This document shows positions 53,746 through 64,000 of a stretch of DNA of 64,000 nucleotides, one piece after another. The stretch spans positions 297,786,001-297,850,000 of the forward strand of contig OZ024742.1 of NCBI GenBank assembly GCA_964016885.1, in the 5' to 3' direction. A program made the position numbers and the translations under genes. Below the pieces are notes generated by a model. It saw only the letters and a program-made list of their open reading frames with translations. It was not told the origin of the DNA and made no database searches. The stretch comes from Eledone cirrhosa (taxonomy: Eukaryota). Within the stretch, counting starts at the first letter, position 1, and each line of letters begins with the position of its first letter.

Positions 53746-54936
53746 CAAGACTCATCATTTAGCCATAATAAAGAATCTATCTATATATATATATATATAT
53801 TAACACATATGTAGCTGGTGTTGATCAACTAGAATCACACACACAATATTATTCATGTTGTAACACTATTTTGATAGAGGTTTTAATTTGAACATTTTAG
53901 TATTGGTGCTGGTTAGTATTAATAGAGTTAATACCTACATGGTCATTATAAATACATGGAATGGTTTTCATAAGTAAATACACAGTCAAAACATTGTATT
54001 GATTTACAACACAGAAACATTAATTATAATTATAATATATACATAATATAACACAGAAACATACTAATTATATCTTAATAGATACATATGATAACTATAA
54101 TACATACAAACAAGTTTATAACATGAAATAAAATATGTACTAAAACAGTCAGTAAGCAATATCTTAAACTATCATATATGCACAAAATATATATATATTC
54201 ATATAAACAGACATTTTATCTAAGAACACTTGTGTATCCACATATGTTTTATCACAAAGGCTTTACCATGGTATAATGGTATACAAATCCTATAAAATTA
54301 AGTAAGGAATATCTATTATTTATCTTCAAATAACATTGCAAAAAAGAACAATGATATACGTTTTTTTTATTATATCTGTCTTATCAGTTGATATATGACA
54401 AAAATAATATACCAGTAAGTGAAATTTGGCATAATTATTCAATATGTCCAATACAGCAGCTAGATTTCTCTTTAAAATGTATCGTTCTTTACAAACTTTA
54501 ACATTGGATATATATGCATGTTAAATAGTAGACATTTTGAATAATATTCTCAAAATAAAGGTATCTTTGTCACAGCAGAAAACTGATGAAATAGAAAACA
54601 TTTGACACATTCTGACAGGGTGGTATTCAATCTGGAGGATCCATTGGTTATTCCTGTTCATTTGGTCACTTCTCTCTAAAGTATATGTCTACATAAGTAG
54701 AGCTCAACAAATATACTCAAACATTGGCAATAGGGTAAAAAATAGTGTAAGACCTGTAATCCATATATAATATGTATCAATACTTGTGCCAGATGTTCAT
54801 TCACACTCACATATTACACAAAAATTTGATCCAGATAAAACTTTAAAACTCATTTCGAGAAATAATTATTTTTGCACTAAAATGCATAAAACATAATTAT
54901 ATAGCAAAAAGAAACAATAAATAAATAAATAAATAA

Positions 54937-54982
<46 letters not shown>

Positions 54983-55033
54983 TTTCTACTTTTGGCACAA
55001 GGCCAGCAATTACACCACTGCATTACTGGTGCT

Positions 55034-55067
<34 letters not shown>

Positions 55068-55070
<3 letters not shown>

Positions 55071-55433
55071 ATTCTTTATTAACCACAAGGGTTTACATAA
55101 AGTAAACATTAAGGACAGTACAGAACAATACAGGACGGTACAAATGGGCATTTCTGTGTGTAAAAAACAAAAACAGAGGATGTAACAAAAAAATAACAAT
55201 GAAAAATTCCCCAATACGGGGGAGACTTCCGAGGGACATTCGTGGAGAAACCCATTAAAAAGCCACAGTGACCCTAACCACCAGGGCAAGTGCCTTCTCC
55301 CAGTTTTCCACCTTTAATTTACAGACACATACTCAGAGTAGGCCCATTCACTCGGGCCATTCTTGCCTCTCTCACCCATCTTTCAACAAAATGCTGGGAA
55401 GAGAGCACTTCCCTCTCTATCCTGATTTTCCTG
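55068..55433 (-). mobile_element. Tx1/L1-like LINE 3' end
   Basis: Minus-strand RKIRIEREVLSSQHFVERWVREARMARVNGPTLSMCL*, then a 3' UTR with AATAAA (tttatt at 55075-80) abutting the TAA repeat. Clade assignment is by recalled resemblance only. Confidence 0.5.
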
Positions 55434-55453
55434 GGTAATGATAATAATAATTA

Positions 55454-55742
55454 ACCGATACAAGCACTTAAAGTGGGAGTTAAAAAGGATTTGGAACTGC
55501 CATGAAGTCAAGGTCATCCCGATTGTCATAGGCACACTAGGTACTATCTCAAAGAGTTTCCAAGGATGGTTAAAGAAAATTAGTCCAGCCCCGCTTTTTG
55601 GAACACTTCAAAAGGCATGCTTGCTGAGAACAGCAAGAAACCTCTGATACGTCCTGAATATCTGAGGCTGCAGGTACCGGCTTGATATTCATTTCAACAA
55701 ACTTTCCAGTTAAATAACATCAATGACTGAGACTCAAAGAAC

Positions 55743-55785
<43 letters not shown>

Positions 55786-56013
55786 GAACTGCCATGAGGT
55801 CAAAGTGGTCCTGATTGTCATAGGCACACTAGGTACTATCTCAAAGAAAATTGGTCCTGCCCCGCTTTTTGGAACACTTCAAAAAGCATGCTTGCTGGGA
55901 ACAGCAAGAACCAACCGATACGTCCTGAATATCTGAGGCTGCAGGTAGTGGCTTGATATTCATTTCAACAAACTTTCCAGTTAAATAACATCAATGACTG
56001 AGACTCAAAGAGC

Positions 56014-56077
<64 letters not shown>

Positions 56078-56305
56078 GAACTGCCATGAGGTCAAAGTGG
56101 TCCTGATTGTCATAGGCACACTAGGTACTATCTCAAAGAAAATTGGTCCTGCCCCGCTTTTTGGAACACTTCAAAAAGCATGCTTGCTGGGAACAGCAAG
56201 AACCAACCGATACGTCCTGAATATCTGAGGCTGCAGGTAGTGGCTTGATATTCATTTCAACAAACTTTCCAGTTAAATAACATCAATGACTGAGACTCAA
56301 AGAGC
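55454..56305 (+). mobile_element. Three tandem 3' ends of an R4/Dong-like RLE-type retrotransposon separated by (AAT)n
   Basis: RYKHLKWELKRIWNCHEVKVIPIVIGTLGTISK...LQKACLLRTARNL is the C-terminus of a restriction-like endonuclease; units at about 55454-55742, 55784-56013 and 56076-56305. Confidence 0.82.
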
Positions 56306-56726
56306 AATAATAATAACAGTAATGATAATAATAATAATGATAAAATGTAAATAAAATATTGGTTAATTGATATATATGTAAAAAGATTACAGGCAGTCAT
56401 TCATTTTAATGTCTTAAATAGAGTAATTCATTCTTTAAATATGGAATATATTTGATGTAAAAGGATTACATAGATAGATAGGTTTTGAAATCTCGAATAT
56501 TTAATTTTTCTAACAAAGAATTCACATAATTATGATAATAAAGCTACAAAATCATACTAATATTAAAGCAAAATAATATTCATCTTTAAAATGGATTCAA
56601 AAATATGAATAAATTAATAATCAAATAGATATATAAATGGAATGACACCATTTTTCTTTAAATGCCTGGAATCCCTTTTCAAATGATGCTGGGAGCGAAG
56701 CAAGCATCCAAAATAAAATGTTTATG

Positions 56727-56758
56727 CTATATACATACATACATACATATATACATAC

Positions 56759-56819
<61 letters not shown>

Positions 56820-56929
56820 TATATATGTATATATAATATGCAATATATGCTGTATTTTCACATGCTAAGTAGTTAATTTTATAGAAATATACTAGCACCA
56901 AACACATACTTTAGATATCATGCATTATA

Positions 56930-56980
<51 letters not shown>
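56727..56980. repeat. (TACA)n/(TA)n microsatellites (two tracts)
   Basis: Direct reading of the sequence. Confidence 0.95.
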
Positions 56981-56982
<2 letters not shown>

Positions 56983-59779
56983 CCAAATACACTTGGAAAC
57001 AACTAAAAGAAAAAGAAAAGTTATTGTGAGTCATAGATTGTCCTTCCACACTAAACATATATATGTCCAGACAGTCCTATGCGAGCAAGACAATCACTCT
57101 TGCCTCAAGTGGGACTACCCCCGTCCAAACCCATGCAAGTGTGGAACACGGACGTTAAACGTTGATGATGATGATGATGATACATTGATATAGCATGTCT
57201 TTAATTGATAATAAATAACTGAGATTCCTATAAGTATGGAAGTAGTCAGCTTATAATAAAGGAGAAAGGATCATATAAATAATACTAAATGGTTTCTGTC
57301 TGTTGATTCTTGACTTTTTAACTATGTTTTTTCCTTATTTCACCCTGTGTATCCTATGTCCATATTTAGATTAAATATATATAAATATACTTGAACTCTT
57401 GCCCACTTATAGCAATTTTTATAATCCATAAATTTGTAGCACATATTGTACTCTTTAAAAATTGCGTGACATTATTTCTAATGCATTACACTCTATTTCA
57501 ATTAATTAATGAAGAATTTCGAACGATACACTAAACCTATTAATCATTTCATTACTAGGTAACACAACATATGGCTCATATAAAATAATGGTTGTTTTGT
57601 TTCATAGAACCAGACCCAGTTTTGGCTGGGCTGGGCTGGGCTGGTATCAAATCTTTCAATGTTTAACACTGAATACCTACACCCAGTGTAGAATACCTTT
57701 ATGATACATTAATGCCATCTAGTTTAGTTCTATTAAGATTAATGTCAACACGTAATGTTCTCATATTATTCATCGGTACCATATCCAATATAAATACATT
57801 TTTCGTATAGGGTTTCAATGTCTTTATACACATATATATGCATTTTCATGTTAGTTTTTTTTTCTCTTTAAAGGCAGTAGCCATATACAATTGTAGAATG
57901 ACTGATTATATATTACTATCCTGTTCATGATATTTAAAAATCAAAGTTAACTCTTTTAATACGATACTTCTAATGAAAGACACTGCATATATTTTTCAAA
58001 TAAATTTGAACATAATGAAACATTTGTAAGTATTTGGTAATATCACTAACTCACTCATTATTTAACTGATATTTGGAGTATAGCTTAACACAGATTCGTA
58101 GAAAAAAATTATGATGGAAAGTTTTTAGATTTGTGTCATAGATGCAGGAGTGGTTACAAGCTCTTTCGTATCGAAAGTTTTAAAGTCTTTCTTGAGATCA
58201 TCAGGTGTTAGTGTTTCTATGTTGGGATTCGGTAGTTGAATTGACTAAAATAGCAGAACTTTTTTAAGTGATAATATTTTAGAACTGAACCACCTGAGTC
58301 ATTAAAAACATCAGTGTATACTTCAGTACAATAGACCATACCATCAGTTACCATATTCTTGATGAAATACATTGCCTGTGACTTTCAAATCATTTTGAAA
58401 ATAATCAAGAATTTGGAGGAATTTTGTCAACTAACTTTCTGATTATTAGCTGTTATTTGGAACATAACTTACCACAGGTTTTTACATAAAATTATGATGG
58501 ATTTTTGTTTAGATAAATATAAACATTTTGAAATATACAGCTTTGTGTTGCAGCAGCAAGAGCAGCTACAGCTGGCAGGGCATCAAAGTGTTAAATGCAC
58601 TTAACTCTTGATTGAGTTGTAGGGATGTTGTCCTGATACACAGCATGCCATGGACATTTAAATCTAGTGGAGCCTAGCTCTCTCCAGATCAGGACACTGC
58701 TTATTTGAAAGAGGGAGAGAGAAAGAGAGAGAAAGAGAACCCCTACCAGTACTGGACTGGTATTTTGTTTATTAACCTCAAAATGATGAAAGGTAATGTA
58801 GACATCAGCAGAGTATAGAGAGCTAGAACACATACTGGGGTATTTAATCTGACACTTTAACAACTCTACTATTTCGTAACCTTTTCATAAAGTTTATGTA
58901 CTTTAAAAATAGACAAATTTCTGTCCATTTATATATCACTTGGGCACAATGAGGGTTTCAAAAGTGGCACAAAAGGTAAGAAGTTAGCAGGGTGTTGTTA
59001 GCAAGTAATGAGTAGTGGGGAAGGAAAGGAATAAAGATTAGTCGTTTCTTATTAAACTGTCACCTTCAGTTATTCAATAAATGTATAAATAATTTATATT
59101 CTTTTAATATTCAAATTTAATTTTCAAATTACAAATTTTCATTAGTTTTAAAGTGAGGGAACTGATGAAGTATATTTTCTCAGAAGCAAATTGTAGTTTT
59201 AAAAAAGTTTGGTTAACTCTAGTTTAGTGTAAAGTGAATAAAGACATTGAAACTTTTTGAGTTGCAAAATAGATTTGATAGTTGAAATCAGAAAACACTG
59301 ATGAAAGGATTAAATCTAAAAGTTTGATAATTCTTTACTACTTTAATAATAATTTCTTTTATAAATACAATAATACAAATAACCTATTTAATTATTTTGT
59401 GTAAAAAATTCAAACTATAGAAATTTCCAAATTTTAGCTATAATAGACTGAAGTGAGAATTTGATTTACTATATGTTTGATCTGCATTTTAATGGATTTT
59501 CAAACATAAGTAAATCTATAGTGAGAAATATATGACGATTGGATGGGCATGCTATCATTGCTAATAAATAGAAATAAATAACAAAGGATAGAATATAGAT
59601 AACTTTTAAGACAAATAAAAAATTCAAATGAAAATTATTTTCTAAAGAGAGTAATATTATAAGAATATAGAAATTCCACCAAAGATCAATATTCATTCAT
59701 TTCTATAGTAAATATTTATCATATGTAAGGGTTATAAACAGGTTTATTCATTTAACCTTTTCATATATATGGTCACTAT

Positions 59780-60110
59780 AACATGGCCAAATGGTTAAGA
59801 TGATCGCTTTACAATCATTAGGCTGTCGGTTCAATCCTATTGCAGGGCATTTTGGGCTAGATCCTTAGGTGGTTGAGCCATGCCTCATGAATAAAATTGG
59901 GTAGATGGAAACTATTTGGAAGCTGATCAGCTGGACTGTATCTGTAATTCAAAGTGCCAGTTTGTCACACACTTTCATGCTGAATCTCCCTGAGAATTGC
60001 ATTAAGGATACACGTGTATGAGGTATGCTCAGCCACTTACATGTTAATTTCATGAGTAGGCTGTTCCATTGATAGAACAGCTAGAACACTCATCATTGAA
60101 ACTGATGGAG
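59780..60110 (+). mobile_element. Decayed tRNA-derived SINE
   Basis: A box tggccaaatgg and B box ggttcaatcc; tail ctgaatctccctgagaa...ctcagccacttacatgttaatttca is the inverse of 2790-2900. Confidence 0.65.
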
Positions 60111-62399
60111 ATCTATCAATTGATTTAATCTCAAATATGGTTACTTTTTTGCATACATTTGAGAATGTGGTAGTGTTAGTGGCACAATAATATGAACCCA
60201 GTACTTTCTGTAAGTGGAGGTGCTAGAACCATGAAAAATACACACAGTACATTCTGTAAGTAATAATGCAGGTTCTACAATAAAATGCGCTCTGTACACT
60301 TTATAGGTGGTGGTGGTGGTGTTGGGGTCATGATGAAATGCACCTTGTCTATACATGATGGTATGAGGTACATTTTATCATGCCACAATAAAATGTACCT
60401 CATACACTCTGTAAAGAGGTTGTCATTAGAAACGGCATTAAGCTGTAGAAATCATGCCCAAAATGGAACGTATTAAGAAGACATAATTCACTGAGGCATC
60501 TAAATTTTGAACATGACAACTTGTCCAGTATAGAAATCAAGATAAAATGATGATGATGATAATGGCATCTCTCAAGGCTACTCTTATTGGTCTTAGTAGT
60601 TTGTCAACAAATACATGTTACCTAATACTACCAATATATACAACAACATATTCCACTTCCATTATGGCACTCCTGATTGACTCATTTCTTTTATAAGATG
60701 ATACATGTGTAACAACATAACATTGTAAGTTGCAACAGCTCACACCTTAACTGGATTCTGATGAGGCTGCATCACATAGGAGGTTTATTATCTATTTTAA
60801 TGACAGAGGCCTTAGTCATATAATGAGAAGTCATCCTACTGAATTGAACACCAGTCTGTTGCAAGAGTTAACTCCCAGCTACTATTGCTTGTACTCAATT
60901 TTTGTCACTGGAGTAGATTGGAGCAATTTGAAATGAAGTGTCTTACTCTCAAGCACAATACATTGCCCAGTTAAGAAATCTAACTCATGACCCTGTAATG
61001 ATGAGCCAAACACGCTAACAATTAGGACACACACCTTCATAATATATGATCCCACAACACCTATTTATATTTGAGAAGGTAGGCTATTGAAAATTAGGTG
61101 TTTTGGTCATAAACACATCATATCAGAAGCGATGGGATTACAAATAATATGCACTTTGGTTAATGATACCCTAGCTTCATCATCATCATTTATCATCCAT
61201 TTTCTCTGCTATCAAAAGCTGGACAGGATATTACAGACCAAGTCTGTACTTAATCAAGACCACTAACCTCTCAGATGGGCCTTGGGCTATATCTTGTTTA
61301 CATATATTACTGCATACAACTGGGTATGCCATGTGCATTTCAAATTGGCATCAGCACTAGGGCGGCAGTTATATCTTTGACACAAATGAAGTGTCCTCTC
61401 GACCCTTTGTTTAGAAGGTTTTCTAAAGCTTGATGCCTTCCTATCACTAACCCCTTCACACTGTGTACTTGGTGTTTTATTATGTCATCAACACTAGAGA
61501 GATTGTTATTGTATCTTTGACACAACTTAAGCGAACTCTCAACCCTCTATGTTTAATATCAATCAAAATAATCTCCAATTGTAATTTATTATACATTGAT
61601 TGAGGGTTGATAAGATTGAGGATGATATCACAAACTTCACATATTTTATTGACAGGATGTCGGAGATAAACACATACTTCACATATTTTATTGATAAGTA
61701 AGTAAAAAGTCTGTTTTGATCATAATGCAATCTTACTGGAAATGGTTAAAATAATTCTCTTATATAAATCCTCAGATTCTCTTTGAAAAGAATGTCTTCT
61801 TACTAAGAGAATATGTAGATGCTCTAGATTTTGCTCTCTGAAAGAATATATAATACAAACAATCGAAAATATAAAACAAATAACTCAAATGAATATATTT
61901 TACGACAGTAAACATGTTTCTGATTGACAACATAGCTACAATACTAAATAGAATGAAAATTATGGATTATTCCAATAGAATATAAACACACTGCTTTTAT
62001 ATTTTATTTCGGTTATTTTCAAAATGACAGCAAATAAAACACAAGTTAAAGCAGACTAATTTGTATAACTATTCTGAAGTTTTGTATTTTGCTATCCTCA
62101 AAATCATAAATATTCTAATATAATGGGGCTTAAGAATCATTGGAGAAAAATTTCTAAAGATAAAATTCAACTTTTTACTTATGTCATATTTCCTTCATAA
62201 ATTCTGTTTTGTTTGAAATTTATATTACACAATCTATAGTTTCCATTGTAAATCAACATTATATATTTTCAACATAATGTAAGGTAATTATTCCCCAAAA
62301 GCAAAATAATATATATATATATATTTTTTTAAATTGCTTTTGATCATTCATGATTAAATCATTTAAAATACAATACATGAATGTTAACCATGTACTTAC

Positions 62400-62513
62400 T
62401 TCGTTTCATCAATATGTATAGCCTCTAATACATCGGCTGCATATGCAAGGTTTTTCAATAAATCTTCCTTGAGAATATCATCTTTTGTAACACGGTTATA
62501 TATCTGCCGCATT
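62400..62513 (-). CDS. PDE1: PDE1 internal coding exon A (N-terminal regulatory region)
   Basis: Acceptor ttctctatttcag| and donor |gtaagt; 114 nt, phase 2-2. Translates MRQIYNRVTKDDILKEDLLKNLAYAADVLEAIHIDET(K), resembling the vertebrate PDE1 segment '...LKKNIEYAASVLEAVYIDETR'. Terminal AA joins the first A of exon B to give Lys. Confidence 0.93.
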
Positions 62514-62564
62514 CTGAAATAGAGAAATTTTCATGTAGAGGCAAATGATATAAAGAATTATATT

Positions 62565-62840
62565 GGAGAAAAACTGGGCATAAGAGCAATCAGATGTAGT
62601 GTGCAAGAAATCATTGTGCTGGTACGGACATATGATGTGTATGGATGATGATATTTGGGTAATGAGATGCCAATGGAAGGAAGTTATGGAAGAGGAAGAT
62701 TGAGGAAAATATAAGTTGAATTGGTGAGAGCTTATCTCACGAACAAAACAAGAGGAAGAATGCTGTGCTGGAAAAGACTCATTGAACCCATGCAAGCATG
62801 GAAAAACAGATATAAAATGGTGATGAATATGATGATGAAA
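62565..62840 (+). mobile_element. RTE 3' fragment about 50 bp from the exon A acceptor
   Basis: LGIRAIRCSVQE and LCWYGHMMCMDD motifs; acccatgcaagcatggaaaa..gatgatga tail. Confidence 0.75.
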
Positions 62841-63859
62841 TATTGAAATTGTCAAACTATATTTACAATATCATAATGAGGTAGTGAATTGGCAAGGTAA
62901 TTAAAACATTGAGTAGAATATTTTGTGGTATTCATTCTGGATCTCTGTACTCTAAGTTCAAAACCTGCCATGGTCAACTTTTCCTTTCACTCTTTTGGGG
63001 TCAATAAAAGAATACCAGTCTAATTCCTCAGCTATATCTCTTTCTCACTTCCTTTCTATCAATCTCTCTTCTTCTCTGGAAGATATCAGTTGTGTTCAGA
63101 CCTGGAGAGGAGATGGGCTCTCCCAGGTTTTATAATTATCCCCCAAAATGCTGTACATGACTGTGGTGCTCCTACAACTTTATCAAGAGTTATGGGTAAG
63201 AAGAGAGAAGAAAGGAATGATGAAAAAAAAGAGGTTAAAAAGAAAAAAAAAGACAGAAAAGAAAGAAAGGTAAAAGACAAATGGATATATCTTAGCTACG
63301 TCTCACAGACAAGATGTTAAAAGCATTGCTATTGAGAACAGGCAGCAATATCTGCTAAATCAGCAATCCCCTTCACATAAATTGATCACATAAAAGACAT
63401 CAAAAAGAGAACCATACAAGGAATGCTCACAAGTACCATGCTAGTATACAAACAAAATATTGGTTTTATGAAGTACTATACCAGTTTTGTCTGGGTACCC
63501 AATCTCTGCAGAAGAAATTACAACAAACTGCAAAAATCAAAGATTAGTGCATTTCAAATCACAGTCTGCACACAACACACATCTACAGGCCATCTCCAAA
63601 CTATCTCTGGTGGACTCTACATGACCTGTTATAAATAACAGACCATGCTCCCTCAAATTATTCTAGTGTCTTGAAAAAAGATGACACATAACATATTGTA
63701 GAGGAGATGGTCATAACTGGAATATCTTTGATTGTAGATATCTTCAGTTAGTGCTTATATGCAGCTAAACAACATAAAATTGAAAATTAAATTATTTAAC
63801 AAAAACAGTCCTAGATAAGAAACGGATTCAGTTCTTTGTCACAACATCAATTATACCTA

Positions 63860-64000
63860 AGAACAACTCAATGATATCATTCTTAGAACACTGCAGCAAC
63901 ATTCCAGAACACCTTTTGATAAAAACACTACAACACCATCCTTCTATAACACTTCTAGAAATATCCTCCTAATAACACCACAACACTTCTATAACACCAT
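63860..64000. repeat. Degenerate short-period tandem repeat running off the window end
   Basis: Recurring cttcta(g/t)aacac / caccacaacac units. Confidence 0.5.

Noticed and set aside
55743-56340. Repeat-spacer pattern reminiscent of a CRISPR array
   Set aside because: Eukaryotic intron; the 'spacers' are identical retroelement ends and the 'repeats' are (AAT)n; no cas genes.

Overview
AT-rich, repeat-dense animal genomic DNA. The SINE, RTE and microsatellite make-up suggests a cephalopod such as Octopus; that assignment is inference. The whole window lies inside one minus-strand gene, a Ca2+/calmodulin-dependent cyclic nucleotide phosphodiesterase (PDE1). Four coding exons with GT-AG sites and matching phases were read directly: 62400-62513, 16948-17130, 4788-4854 and 639-749, separated by introns of about 45.3, 12.1 and 4.0 kb. 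The introns hold decayed RTE, CR1, Penelope-like, R4/Dong-like and Tx1-like retroelements, tRNA-derived SINEs with target-site duplications, hAT and TTAA-type MITEs and long microsatellites. The main observations are: (1) an RTE family with a C4HC3 PHD finger inside its reverse transcriptase, conserved across divergent copies; (2) a candidate frame-preserving 147-nt cassette exon in the PDE1 regulatory region; (3) a pre-miRNA-like or ADAR-substrate hairpin at 53675-53745; (4) two decayed type I hammerhead ribozymes; (5) a (TAA)n tract carrying nested retroelement 3' ends. No database searches were run; family names come from recognised motifs.
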